The position numbers were made by a program, and so were the translations under genes. From NCBI RefSeq assembly GCF_009914755.1, contig NC_060934.1: 64,000 nucleotides of DNA; one strand, given 5' to 3'. The notes beneath the pieces were generated by a model that saw nothing but the letters and a program-made list of their open reading frames with translations, had not been told where the DNA came from and ran no database searches. Positions 17,605-31,469 of this stretch are shown here, one piece after another (position 1 is the stretch's first letter; every line of letters begins with the position of its first letter). The DNA comes from the human T2T-CHM13v2.0 reference genome, Homo sapiens.

Positions 17605-19001
17605 GAGCACCCACTCAGACAGACAGAGCAGTTTGTGGAGACTCACGTCATGAACTTTTGCTCCAGAACTACTGCAGGAATAAACCAGGAAAGCAGAGAG
17701 AACTCACAGACCCTTTGAAGGAAGCAGATTGCGCCTGCAGACCTGGGAGACAGCCCAAATACCATGAGTGTCCAAGCTGTGAAAGTGGGAAAGAGGGACT
17801 GTCCACTGCCAAACACCTACCCACACTGGGGTACCTGAAGATCTAGATCATGGGAAAAGGATCTGACCTTACCTAGAGCTGAGTCAATTTAGAGAGTCGA
17901 GTGAAATACAGGGGTAGAGGAAGCAGCGGAAAAAAGATCTGTGGGCTCTGTGCGTCCCCTGGGAAGCTATTTCAGACTTGTCTCACAGAGGTCCTTTGGG
18001 GAGAGCTGCCAGAGGTACTGGGAAAAGACCACAGGGAGAAGGAAAGCTCCAGCTGAACTTTGTAACAATTCCAACCAAATGCAAAGTCTCCTGGCCAGAA
18101 CTTGGGAAAGGGCATAAATCCGGTTTGCAGACTCCACAGCAGGGGAGATACAAAAGCCCTGCTTGCTTTCGCAGCTGAGAGGCAGGTAGCCTGGGACAAG
18201 TTCTTAGCCCTGCTTTCCCACTGCCTGGAAACAGAATCGGTGCTGTTAAGCAGGACACCGTGGGAGTGAGACTGGCCTTTTGGATAGTCTCATAGGAGAC
18301 TTCTTTTCCATAGGAGCTGGGTGAGGCTTGTGACTGCTGGTTTTCTCCCACTTTCCTGATAACCTGCCTGACACAGCAGAGGGAGTCATAATCCTCCTGG
18401 GAACATAACTCCATTGACCTGGGAAAAACACCCCCATCCCCCATGGCAGTCACAGCAAGCCCTGCCCAAGGAGAGTCTAAGCTCAGATATGCCTAGCCCT
18501 GCCCCCACCTGATGCTCCTTCTCTACTCACCACCGTAACAGAAGACAAAAGGCATATACTCTTGGGAGTTCTAGAGTCCCACCCACCACCTGATCCTCCC
18601 TATACTACCACAGCTGATGCTCTCTTGAAAGTGCCACCTCCTGGAAGGAGGCTAACCAGGACAAAAATAGTGCATTATACAACCAAAACTAAGGACCTTC
18701 AGAGAAGCCATTTCACCCCCACCACCTCCACCAGAGCAAGTGCTTGTATCCATGGCTGAGAGACCTGCAGACGGCTCCCATCACAGGACTCTGTGCAGAC
18801 AACCCCAGCACGAGCCCAGAGCCTGGTAGAGCTGCTGGGTGGCTAGATCCAGAAGAGAGATAACAATCACTACAGTTAGGCTCTCATGAAGCGACACCCC
18901 TAGGAAAAGGGGAGAGTACTACATCAAGGGAACACCCCATGGGAAAAGAGAATCTGAATATCCTTGAGCCCTAGATCTTTCCACTAATATGGCCTACCCA
19001 A

Positions 19002-19995
19002 ATGAGAAGAAACTGGAAAAACAATTCTGGTAACATGACAAAACAAGGTTCTTTAGCAACCCCTAAAAATCACACTAGCTTACCCGCAACAGATCCAAAC
19101 CAAGAAGCAATCCCTGATTTACCTGAAAAAGAATTCAGAATGTCGGCTATTAAGCTAATCAAGGAGGCACCAGAGAAAGGTGAAGTCCAATTTAAGGAAA
19201 TTAAAAAAAAATCATACAAGAAATGAGAAGAGAAATATTCAGTGAAATATATAGCATAAATTTAAAAAAATCACAACTTCAGGATATAGAGAATGCACTT
19301 AGAGGAATGCAAGATATTCTGGAAAGCCTCAGCCATAGGATTGAACAAGCAGGAGTAGAACTTCAGAGCTCAAAGATAAGGTTTTCAAATTAATGCAATC
19401 CAACAAATACAAAGAAAAAAGAATAAGAGAAAATGAACAAAGCCTCTGAGAAGTTTGGGATTATGTTAAGCAACCAAACCTAAGAATAATTCATGTTCCT
19501 GAGGAAGAGAAATCTAAGAGTTTGGAAAACATATTTGGGAGAATAATCAAGGAAAACTTCCCTGGCCTTGCTAGAGACCTAGACATCCAAATACAAGAAG
19601 CTCAAAGAACAACTGGGAAATTCATTGCAAAAAATCGTCACCTAGGCACATTGTCATCAAGTTATCAAAAGTCAAGACAAAGGAAAAAAATCTTAAGAGC
19701 TGTGAGGCAAAAGCACCAGGTAACCTGTAAAGGAAAACCTATCAGATTAACAGTAGATTTGTCAGCAGAAACCCTACAAGCTAGAAAGGATTGGGCTGTA
19801 TCTTCAGCCTCCTTAAACCAAACAATTAACAGTCAAGTATCTTGTATCAAGCACAACTAAGCTTCATAAGTAAAGGAAAGATACTGTCTTTTTCAGACAA
19901 ACAAATACTGAGAGAATTTGCCACTACCAAGCCAGCACTATAAGAACTGCTAAAAGGAACTCTAAATCTTGAGACAAATCTTGAAAACACATAAA
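19002..19995 (+). pseudogene. Disrupted L1 ORF1p (RNA-binding protein) of the L1PB
   Basis: ORF fragments 19002-19226 and 19522-19860 (ENFPGLARDLDIQIQEAQRT...GKPIRLTVDLSAETLQAR) separated by frameshifts and stops. Confidence 0.85.
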
Positions 19996-20087
19996 AACAG
20001 AACCTCTTTAAAGCATAAATCTCACAGGACTTATAACATAAGAATACAATAAAAGAAAAAAAAGGTATACAAGCAACAAATAGCACA

Positions 20088-23000
20088 ATGAATGGAATAG
20101 TACCTCACATCTCAATACTAACACTGAATGTAAATGGCCTACATGCTCCACTTAAAAGATATAGAACTGCAGAATGGATATGGATAAGAATTCACCAACA
20201 AACTATTTGCTGCCTTCAAGAGACTTACCTAACACATAAGGACTCACATAAACTTAAAGTTAAGGGATTGAAAAAGACATTCCATGCAAATGGACACAAA
20301 AAGCAAGAAGGAGTTGCTGTTCTTATATCAGAAAAAACAAACCTTGAAGCAACAGCAGTTAACAAAAACAAAGAAGGACATTATATAACAATAAAAGGCC
20401 TTTTCCAACAGAAAAATATCACAATTCTAAATATATATGCAGCTAACACTGGAGCTCCCAAATTTATAAAACTGTTACTACTAGACCTAAAAAATGAGAT
20501 AGACATCAAGACAATAATAGTGGGGGATTTCAATGCTTCACTGACAGAACTAGACAGGTCATCAAGACAGAAGTCAACAAAAAAACAATGAATTTAAACT
20601 ATATCTTTGAAAAAAATCGACTTAACATATAGCTACAGAACATTCTACCTAATAACTGCAGAGTATACATTCTATTCATCAGCACATGGAACTTTCTTCA
20701 AAATAGACCATATGAGAGGCCACAAAACAAGTCTCAGTAAATTTAAGAAAATTGAAATTATATCAAGTACTCTCTCAGACCACAGTGGAATAAAACTGGA
20801 AATCAACTCCATAAGAAACCTTCAAAACCATGCAAATACATGAAAATTATATAACTTTCTCCTGAATGATCATTGGGCCAACAATGAAATCAAGATGGAA
20901 ATTTAAAAATTCTTTGAACTGAACAATAATAGTAACAAAACCTATCAAAACCTCTGGGATACAACAAAGGCGGTGCTAAGAGGAAAGTTCATAGCCCTAA
21001 ATGCCTACATCAAAAAGTTTGAAAGGGTGCAAATAGACAATCTAAGTTTGCACCTCAAAGAACTAGAGAAACAAGAAAAAACCTCACCCAAACACAGTAG
21101 AAGAAAGGAAATAACCAAGATCAGAGCAGAACTAAGTTAAATGGAAACAAAAAATGATACAAAAGATAAATGAAACAAAAATCTGGTTCTTTGAAAAGAC
21201 AAATAAAATTGAAAGACCATTAGCAAAATTAACCAAAAAAAAGAGAGTGAAAATCCAAATAAGCTAATTAGAAATGAAACAGGAGATATTACAACCTACA
21301 TCATCATTTAAAGCTACTGTGAACACCCTTACATGCATAAACGAGAAAACCTAGAGGAGATGAATAAGATACCACCCTCCTAGCTTAAATCGGGAAGAAT
21401 TAGATACCCTGAACAGACCAATAACAAGCAGTGAGATTGGAATGGTAATAAAAAATTACCAACAAAAAAAGTCCAGGACCAGTCAGATTCACAGCTGAAT
21501 TCTACCAGACATTCAAAGAGAATTGGTACCAATCCTATTGACATTATTCCACAAGATAGAGAAAGAGCAAATCCCCCTTAAATTATTCTATGAAGCCAGC
21601 ATCACCAGACATAACAAAAAAAAAGAAATCTATAGGCTAATATCCTTGATGAACATAGATGCAAAAATTCTTAATAAAATACTAGCTAACCGAATCCAAC
21701 AACACATCAAAAAGATAATCCACCATGATCAAGTGGGTTTCACAGCAGGGATGCAGGGATGGTTTAACATATGCAAGTGAATAAATGTGATACATCACAT
21801 AAACAGAATCAAAAACAAAAATAGCATGATTATCTCAATAGACACAGAACAAGCATTTGACAAAATCCAGCATCTCTTTATGATTAAAACCCTCAGCAAA
21901 GTTGGCATACAAGGAACATACCTCAATGTAATAAAAGCTATCTATGACAAACCCACAGTCAACAAAATATTGACTGGGGAATAGTTCAAAGCATTCCCTC
22001 TGAGAACTGGAACAAGATAAGAATGCCCACTTTCACCACTTCTATTTAACATAGTGCTGGAAGTCCTAGTCAGAACAATCAGACAAGAGAAAGAAATAAG
22101 GGCATCCAAATTGGTAAAGAGGAAGTCAAACTGCCACTGTTTGCTGATAATATGTTGTATACCTAAAAAACCCTAAAGACTCCTCTATAAAGCTCCTAGA
22201 ACTGATAAATGAATTCAGCAGTTTCCAGATACAAAATTAATGTACACAAATCAGTAGCTCTCCTATACACCAACAGCAATCAAGCTGAGAATCAAATCAA
22301 TAATTCAACCCCTTTTACAATAACTGCAAAAAAATAAATTCTTAGGAATATACCTAACCAAGGAGATGAAAATTCTCTACAAGAAAAACTACAAAACACT
22401 GCTGAAAGAAATCATAGACCATATAAACAAATGGAAACACATTGCATGCTCATGGATGGGTAGCATCAATATTGTGAAAATAACCATACTGCCAAAAGCA
22501 ATTCTACAAATTCAATACCATTCCCATCAAAATATCACCATCATTCTTCACAGAACTAGAAAAAACAATCCTGAAATTCATATGAAACCAAAAAAAAGCC
22601 AACATAGATAAAGCAAGACTAAGCAAAAAGAACAAATCTGGAGACATCACATTATCTGATTTCAAACTATGCTATAAAGTCATAGAAAAAAAAATCATGG
22701 TACTGGTATAAAAATAGGCACATAGACCAATAGAACAGAATAGAGAACCCAGAAATAAACCCAAATACCGACAGCCAACTGATCTTCAACAAAGCAAACA
22801 AAAACTTAATGTGGGGAAATGATGCCCTATTCAACAAATGGTTCTGGGATAAGTGGCTAGCCACATGTAGGAGAATAAAACTGAATCCTCATCTTTCACC
22901 TTACACAAAAATCAACTCAACATGGATCAAGGACCTAAATCTAAGATCTGAAACTGTAAACATTTTAGAAGATAACATTGGATAAACACTTCTAGACATT

Positions 23001-23468
23001 GGGTTATTCAAGGATTTCGTGACTGAGAACTCAAAAGCAAATGGAATCAAAGCACATAAATAGTGTGACTTAATTAGACTAAAGAGCTTTTGCACAGCAA
23101 AAAGAACAGTCAGCAAAGTAAACAGACAATCCACAGAGTAGAAGAAAATTTTACCAATTTATACATCTGACAAAGGACTAATATCCAGAATCTACAACAA
23201 ACTCAAGCAAATTTGCAAGAAAGAATCAAACAATCCAATCAAAACTGGGCTAAGGACATTAATAGACAATTCTCAAAAGAAGTTATAGAAATGGTGAACA
23301 AACATATGAAAAAATGCTCAACATCACTAATTATCAGGGAAATGCAAATCAAAACCACAATGCAATACCACCTTACTCCTACAAGAATGGCCATAATCTA
23401 AAAAATAAAAAACTAATAGATGTTGGCGTGGATGTTGTGAAAAGGGAGCACTTCTACACTGCTGGAGG
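20088..23468 (+). pseudogene. Disrupted L1 ORF2p (APE endonuclease + reverse transcriptase) of the L1PB
   Basis: ILTLNVNGL, CCLQET, IIVGDFN, SDH endonuclease motifs; [22 protein letters not shown] motif; multiple frameshifts. Confidence 0.9.
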
Positions 23469-24034
23469 GGAGATTGCCATTTCAAATATCTACCTTTGGA
23501 ACATTTCTTGTCATTGGTGATTAGATCTATCAATAGAAATTTCTAGCAGTTTCACACTTACAGTAGACTCTCTCTTTCTGGCCATGGTTTCAGACAAATT
23601 TATGTCCACCTTTTGTTCCCATCTTCTCTTTTTCTTCTAGTTTTTCTCAAGCTGCCCTTGCTCATCTTGAAAAGCTTGTGGTGGGATCATGAATGACAGC
23701 TCACTGGGATTTGGCAATTTTTCTTTCTACAGTTATTTTGAGGTTTGGTAATTCTGTCCTCTAGTTATGTTGAGAGTGTGGGGTTTGTGCAGTTTTTTTG
23801 TGTTGTTGTTGTTGTTCTTGTTGTACTCTATTGTTTTAAAAGAATATTTAGGAAGATATACACTTAGATTTCTGCTATTTCTGCTATTATTTTTAGCTAC
23901 CCAGAAATCCCCACAAATCATTGTGCAACAATGCTCTCTCATTTTATAGCATGAATAAGAGCTAGTATTAAAGATAAAATGCTACATGACTCACGTACAA
24001 GTCAGACACCTAATCAGTGGTAGATGCTAAGAAT

Positions 24035-24265
24035 AACACACTGTAGTGACTAAGACTTCATACTATAGGATAAATAAATCTCATTTCAAATATTGGTTTT
24101 CTAGCCATTATCACAGATTACTTACTTAACTACTTTAGCCCCTCATGATCTTCATTTAACAAATAGGGATTACACTCACCTCATGGTTCTTTTGTGAAAA
24201 TTAAATGAAATAAACTACAAAAAGTCTGTAATATATCCTCTAACATCATATTTCTCAATAAATAT
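24035..24265 (+). mobile_element. MIR SINE
   Basis: ttacttaac...cacctcatggttcttttgtgaaaattaaatgaaat...ctcaataaat. Confidence 0.65.
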
Positions 24266-24456
24266 AAACAGGAACCCCTATTCTCCAAAAATGTATCCTT
24301 AAAGCTTTTTTACAGAGTTCTTTCCAAAATATCCTGCTGCCTATGTAGTTAGAGCTTTGACCAACCCAGTCTTGGCTTACTACAAGGAAGAATAAAAGTT
24401 ATCTTAGCATGTGAGTATTACACATGGCCCTAGTTTTTTTAAGACATCAAAAGAAA

Positions 24457-24767
<311 letters not shown>

Positions 24768-26274
24768 TCAGCATCCAAAGAAAACTTGAGAACCTAATAT
24801 CCTTTTGGAATGTTAAATCCCTCCACAATTTTCCCAGAAATTGTTAATTCATCTAATTTAGTGGGTCTGTAATGCCAAGCAAACAAAGAAAAAATCTCTA
24901 TTTCCTAAGAAGACTATGTTTTTTCCTCTGGTATCTTTGGCTGTACAAATGTCCTTTCTTATGTAGATCTGACATCTCCCACCCTTCAACTTCCATCCAC
25001 TATTTCAACTTCCATCCGTTGTTTCCAGTCCTGCCAACTAAAAGCCACTACAATAACTCTATGTCCCAGTGCTCTGATGGTCTCATGAGAGTTATTTAAA
25101 ACCAAGTGTTCCATTAAACCTTTCTTCCCAAACTGTGAAGCCTTCATTGTTTTGGAGATTGTTTCAGAGATTGTTTCTGCTCTGTAGAAATAACTAGGCT
25201 TTCTGCCTGATTGTCCCTAAGATAGAGGTTAGAATGTTTTTCCCTCACTGCAAAGTCTACCAGATCCCTCTCAGCAATGCCCCATTTTTGCATCTTCTCA
25301 AGAGTTCAGACTTTCATACAGCAAAGCATCTGTGGTAATAATTTCTTCCATATACTAAAGTGCATTGTCTAGTTATAGGATATAGATATGTGCCCAGCAG
25401 GGCTCAGAACCTTTAGTGAAAGTTTTTATTTCTGATTTTATTTCATGCTTCCTCTTATTTTGGAATGGATTCTCTCACTCTTCCTCTCCCCTCCCCTATT
25501 CCTGCCAGCATTTTGTCATATTTGATTGAGTAGATCAGTAATATAAACGGATGAGCTGCATAGAAATATGATGTAGATATAAAGGCATTCATCAAACAAG
25601 TTTAGAGTGGCCCCAAGTTTAGGAAATAATTATAAATAGACTTGTCATGAAACTCCATTTTAGCAGAGAGCATGACAACAAAATAGTCAGAATATTGTCT
25701 AATAGACTTAGGTTGCTGGCATAGCTACCATACCCATCATGTCTACTATCATGTCTCTGATTTCAAATATAATATATTCTCCACTCCTGGCCACGTATCA
25801 GATATTCTTTATTTATTCAACACAGTCATCAAATTCTTAAAGCAAATAGTATTCCTATTTCCCAACCGAGTGATTGTCACTAGCAAAATTGTGGTATTGT
25901 GAATAGTAGTAGTAGTAATAACAGATAGCTTTTATTGGGTACAAATGTGTCTACCCGGTTGAATGCTTTATGTACCATCATAATAGTCCTATAATCGTCA
26001 CTATAGTCCTATAAGTCTTCAGTGCCTGAGCCTTTGCCTAAATATACCATAAAATAACTCTTTCTTTTCATGAAATTCTACTTCATGTCCTTCCTTTGTA
26101 GCCCCTTGTAATCTGGCTCCTGCCTCATCACCCTGTTGATACTAATCACCAATAGCCATCTAATTAACCAATTCAAAAGCTTCTCTTGTTTTCTCATCCT
26201 GTTGGGTCTTTCCTCCAGCATTTTATTTTACATTGCTGACTATTATCTCATTCATTAACTTTTCTAATAATTAT

Positions 26275-26400
26275 TAAAACCATTATTTTATAGATGAAGG
26301 AGTTGAGTCTTCCATGGGTTAAATAACTTTCCCAGGGTTACACAGCTAGTAAGTGAAAGAGCCAGAGTTGACAACTCTAGTGTTCAGGCTTTTTACCCTA
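26275..26400 (-). mobile_element. MIR fragment
   Basis: ttttatagatgaaggagttgag...taactttcccagggttacacagctagtaagtgaaagagccag. Confidence 0.7.
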
Positions 26401-26596
26401 CTAAGCAATCCCAAATCCCAAAACTCAAGCTTCACAGTTCTTTAACCAACTCTACTCCAAAGATATTCGCCTCCACTTCATGTGGGCAAGTCATCCCCAT
26501 GGCCACACTTTGTGGACTTGAAGTTCCAAGATCATAAACTAAAATTGTGATTTACTAATCACAACAGTTCCCCTGTAATTATGCCTCCTTTTTATC

Positions 26597-27340
26597 ATTT
26601 GTTTATTTTTATTGTATATATTTAAGGTGTATAACATGATGTTTTGATATACATCTGCATAGTGAAATAATTGCTACACTCAAGCAAATTAACTTATCCA
26701 TTACTCACAGTTATCTTTTTTAAAATGCTAAAAGTATCTACTATCTACTCTCAGCAAATTTTCAGTATATAATACAACATAATTAACAGTAGTCTGCACG
26801 CTGTACATTAGATCTCTAGACTTATTCATCTTACTTAACTATAAATTTGTATCCTTTGGCCTACATCTCCTTATTCTGTCCCATTCCTCCTACCCATGGT
26901 AATTACCATTTTACTCTCTGTTTCTATGTATTAGCCTCTGTTCAGATTTAACATATAAGTGGGATCATATAGTATTTTTCTTTCTGTTTCTGACTTATTA
27001 CACTTAGAATAAGTGATCTTAGAATAAGGATCTCCAAGTTCATCCATATTATCATAAACGGCAGATTTTTCTTTTTATTTTTAAGGCCAAGTAGTATTTC
27101 ATTGTGTATATATACCATTCACCCACTGATGAACACTTAGTTTGTATCCATATCTTGATCATTATGACTAATGCTGCAATGAACGTGGGAGTTCAGTCAT
27201 CTCTATGAGGTGCTAATTTCATTTCTTTGACTATTTCCCCAGATGAGGAGTTGCTAGATCATATGGTAGTTCCATTTTTAATTTTTTGAGCAACCTCCAT
27301 ACTGTTTTAATTAACAGCTATACCAATTTACATTCCCACC
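26597..27340 (-). mobile_element. L1MA (MA8/MA9-like) 3' end
   Basis: ttgtatatatttaaggtgtataacatgatgttttgatatac...ctgtacattagatctctagacttattcatc...gctataccaatttacattcccacc. Confidence 0.88.
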
Positions 27341-27829
27341 ATGCCATCTTCTTAAATAATTTTAGTACAACTCTATTCCATTTCTTCAAGTCTCCTCTCG
27401 CTGGTCAAACTGCTGCATTTGCCCTGTTAATCCGGTACTACATTCATCTACCTACTCTGTTTCTGAATAGATAGATGCTCTGCTGGAGAAAGGGTATTGT
27501 GTCATGACATCCTTAGTGCTATTAAACTCCATATTCCTGTCCACTCTCTTTGCTCCTTCCCCTAAACCCACCACTCCACTGATGTCACTTTACTCCCAGC
27601 AGGTGACAGAGTCTTCTCTCCGGCATAATAAAGGCCATGGAGGCATGAAACCACCATATTTTCCTCTCTTCTTCCTCCAAGCTTATTTTCAGTCATCTTC
27701 ATCTTCCCACATCTACATTTCAAACTTGGCTGTACATTAGAATCTCCTGCAGAAATGGTATGATTCCCAACACTCAGGCAGAGCCCCAGTCCAATTAAAT
27801 CAACATCTATTGGACATGGGGTATGGGCA

Positions 27830-27927
27830 CATATATATATATATACATACACATATATATATGTGTATATATATGTATATTTATGTGTGTATATATATCT
27901 ATAATGTGTGTGTATATATATATATAT
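27830..27927. repeat. Compound (TA)n/(TG)n/(CA)n microsatellite
   Basis: Directly visible. Confidence 0.9.
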
Positions 27928-28231
<304 letters not shown>

Positions 28232-28317
28232 CAGCACTGATATTATTTTTAAAGCTTCTCAGTTGATTTCAATGGGCCATCAAGTCTGTGGACCACTGTT
28301 CTAATATCAAACATTCA

Positions 28318-28503
28318 GAGAGCAATCTTTTAAACCAGCTTGATTATAAGAATCACCAGGTATGCTTATTAAACGTTCAGATCCCCAGTCTGCTCTGGTG
28401 GAAACATTAATTTGGAAGATCTGGATTGGGGTCCAAGAATGTAGCTAACAATTACCTGCAGGTAATTGTTATTTTCAGGCTAATTTGGAAAACACTATAC
28501 TAG
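28318..28503. mobile_element. MER5B-like DNA transposon
   Basis: ttgattataagaatcaccaggtatgcttattaaa...ctggattggggtccaagaat...caggtaatt...ttggaaaacact. Confidence 0.6.
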
Positions 28504-28509
28504 ACTTTC

Positions 28510-29950
28510 CTGTATGTCTTCTCTAATATTTTCACACTGTACTGGCACTTCTTCTGATCTCAAATATCTGTAAATATTTCTCATTCTTGAGTCATCTTCC
28601 TTCTGCTATACATTTTCCTAAAGTTAACACAATCTCTCTCTCTTCTTTTTTTATTATCAAAAGTCTTGACAATGCCTTCCATTCAGTCCTTAACCCAGCT
28701 TATTCTAGGTTTTATCCACACTACTCTTTTAACCCAAGATTTCCAACAAATAGCCGAAAGCCTTTTCTGTTCTATCTTTTTTTCTGAATTCACTTCCTTG
28801 TAGCATTTGACCTTAACCATCTGCCCACTTTGAAAACATTATTCTCCCTTAACTTTCTTCCTACTCTGCAACCAACCTTTCTCTCTCTTTTAGTGAGTCA
28901 GCTCTCTCTACCTTCTTCTTAAGTGTTTTTCACAAGAATCTATCTTTCTCACTGTTCTCCACAGACACATTCTTTATAGGTATTCTCATCCAGTATTGTG
29001 GCTTTAACTAAAGCTACATACTGTCTAGTCTCAACATTTTATTTCCAAATTTAAGCTCTACAGTTTTACATGCAACAAGTCCCCTTAGCATGTAGGTGTT
29101 TCTCATTCATCATGCCCAAAAATTAACTCATTATTGCTCTGCCTACATCATCTTCTGTCTCAGCTACTTCTGTTAAAATCACCCTGCTTTGAATTGCTCA
29201 GGTAGAATCCTGAAATAATTCCTAGTGCTACTGCTTGTATCTGAGTTTATATGAGCACATATATCATCAGATCTTTCCATCCTAGCACCACTTCGGAGTG
29301 AGGGATCATCTCCTGCTCATCTCAGTCCTGAATAATTTGCCCCAGCCAGCAGTGCATTCTTACCTCCACCAAATCTCCTGAGTGTCTCACCTCAGTGACC
29401 TGGGACCTCCCTTTTACCTTTGGATCATCTTCTATGCTTGGCTCTTGGAGACTGTTTCCATGGTGATATTCTTGGCTATCCTCTTAGACTACATTTCTCC
29501 CTTGGCTGTGTTGCCTTAGTTAGCCCTGCGCAAATTCTTCTCAGGGTCCCACACTCCCCCAAGACCAGCTTTCTTGGAAAAGATGCTGTGGCAATCCTCC
29601 AGCTATATTTGCCCTATCTCTATGAGCAAGCACTTGACAGATTCTATTTATAAAACATTTCTTGCATCTTTGTCCTTCTCTCTAGTCCCTGACCAACTCT
29701 AATCCAGGATTTTATTCTGTTGGCCTGAAGCTATTGTAGTAGTCTCTGCCCCATCTCTTTCCTTGTCTCCACACAGCCGTCTAATTGCATAATTCTCCTG
29801 CCTAAAGTCATTAATTGCTCTTTATTGCCAATAGACTAACAAATAGGAATTTTTTGACTTGCCATACAAATGGCTGGCCACCCTTCAGCGGGTCCTAATG
29901 TGCTTTCTAGTCTTTCCTCCAACCACTTTGTCCCACAAAGTCTTCTGCCC
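28510..29950 (+). mobile_element. L2 LINE fragments (about 28510-29230 and 29640-29950)
   Basis: Pyrimidine-rich L2 ORF2 remnants: gtagcatttgac...tttgaaaaca, ctcatccagtattgtggctttaac, catgcccaaaaattaactcatt, tattgtagtagtctc. Confidence 0.6.
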
Positions 29951-30399
29951 TACTGCTTGCCTCATTTTACCCATCTTGTTTCTCTCTCTCTCTGAAACCA
30001 TTGGGTGGTTTGTATAAAACTGCTGTGGAATTGTGGGCTTAGAAGATTTAAAATAAGGCAAAATATTTCTCCAGGGAAATACATTAAACTCTGTATTTTT
30101 ATGCCTTTCCCCAGCCCAGATTCGTAAGTCTAAAGTGATCAGCCAGTGCCACCAGGAAGAGTAGACTTCCTGAGTGATGCAGGAAGAGGCATATTCAGTG
30201 AATGCCTTCCATTCTCACACGTTGGTTCAGCAGGGTGTTAATGGGATTACCCATGCTTCATTTGGAGAAGGCTTGGCTCAGAATATATATCTGTATCGTA
30301 CCTGAATACCCAAGGAGTGCTTCCTACATCATAAACATCTCTGAGCCCTTGCATAGATGTTAGAACCTTGGGTGCCTTTGTTGTGGTCCTTAATTCTGT

Positions 30400-30840
30400 T
30401 AATCGCCCTAGGTAAAGATTAGCTGCTCTTGTCAATTTAATTCAGCTTCAAACAAAGCAACAAGGTCACTATTTTTTTCCATTCTCTCTCTCTCCCTCTC
30501 CCTCTCTCTCTTTGCCAGCAAGCAGTATTGAGTTGTCATGTAGCTCTAATAGGCAGCGCGGGGAATCGTTAGTCCACCTCAACGCCCTGACTGATGGGCA
30601 CTTCACTTCAATCATCTGCCTGAGCAGTGGTGGCCCAGTACTATTGACACTGTGTCAGCTGCGAGAGAAGATGCCTTAATCGGCCCCGACACCCTCTGCA
30701 TTGATTTGACAAGTTGCTGTAATGACCTTCTTGTTTTTCTGAAGGATTACTGTTTACTTGAAAGGTGCTGCTGACTAAATGTACTGCATTGTCATGGAAA
30801 CGCCGCCTCCCCACCAGGCAGGGGTGGAGGGTGACATTGG
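30400..30840. promoter_or_regulatory. Candidate enhancer-like non-repeat element
   Basis: Unique sequence with 9 CpGs in ~255 bp against a CpG-poor background; clustered NR, Meis/Pbx, Fox, Sox and TAAT motifs. No functional data. Confidence 0.4.
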
Positions 30841-31254
30841 GAGACTCTGAATATTTCAATAAACTGGTCTGTCCCAGGAGTACTAATTCCAGCCCATTAA
30901 TCAGACCTACTCTGAAGAGCCAACCAGAATTAGAAACCAGCCTTGTCAGGTCCCCTGTTAAAGACAGTTTGCTTCAAAACTCATTATATTTCCAAAATCC
31001 ATGTTTGGGTTTCCTTGTAGTAAGAAAGTGCTGTTCCTGTGGCCACCTCCTGTGTGCACCTGGAATTTATAGCCATTTATCTGTTATTGAAAGAGACTGG
31101 CTCTTCCCGTGCAGACACACCCTAGCATTAGAAGGTGTACGAATGAAAGACAGAACATAACACTGTGAGTACCTGCCATGTAAGTGGTAGTGAGTTAGGC
31201 ACCGTTATATATGTGAGTAAGAATTGCTCTATAAATATTAGCTATGATTATTGT

Positions 31255-31330
31255 CCTATTTCATTGATTTTAAGATAAATGATTTTCCCATCCTAACATT
31301 TCAGAAATCGGGTACATCTTATAAATCAAT
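31255..31330. mobile_element. Possible TcMar (MER104-like) fragment
   Basis: tatttcattgattttaagat...aacatttcagaaatcgggtacatcttataaatc resembles recalled MER104. Confidence 0.45.
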
Positions 31331-31410
31331 CCCAGTTTGCATTTGTTGTCAGCCAGGTGGCAATTGTGGCATACCTGGGAGAAAAGCTTCCATTGTCACC
31401 TCCTGGTAAG

Positions 31411-31413
<3 letters not shown>

Positions 31414-31447
<34 letters not shown>
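31414..31447 (+). repeat. Pure A34 homopolymer with no attached SINE or LINE body
   Basis: Directly visible. Confidence 0.95.
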
Positions 31448-31449
<2 letters not shown>

Positions 31450-31469
31450 AACACAATCAAAGTGTTTAA

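Larger units (their letters stand above)
17605..23468 (+). mobile_element. Near-full-length L1PB (L1PBa-type 5' UTR), 3' end missing
   Basis: 5' UTR cccactcagacagacagagcag...gaacttttgctccagaactactgcagg; ORF1 from 19002 (MRRNWKNNSGNMTKQGS); ORF2 from 20088; L1 similarity stops after CWxGC-region cttctacactgctgg. Confidence 0.92.

Noticed and set aside
17983-18453. 156-aa antisense ORF in the L1PB 5' UTR as an ORF0 analogue
   Set aside because: No resemblance to ORF0 that I can recognise; GC-richer UTR sequence yields stop-free frames by chance
20088-20591. 167-aa endonuclease ORF as a domesticated gene
   Set aside because: Frameshifted before the SDH motif; decay matches the rest of the L1PB
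30765-31160. 131-aa ORF beside the enhancer-like element
   Set aside because: GTG start, no recognisable homology, no supporting exon structure
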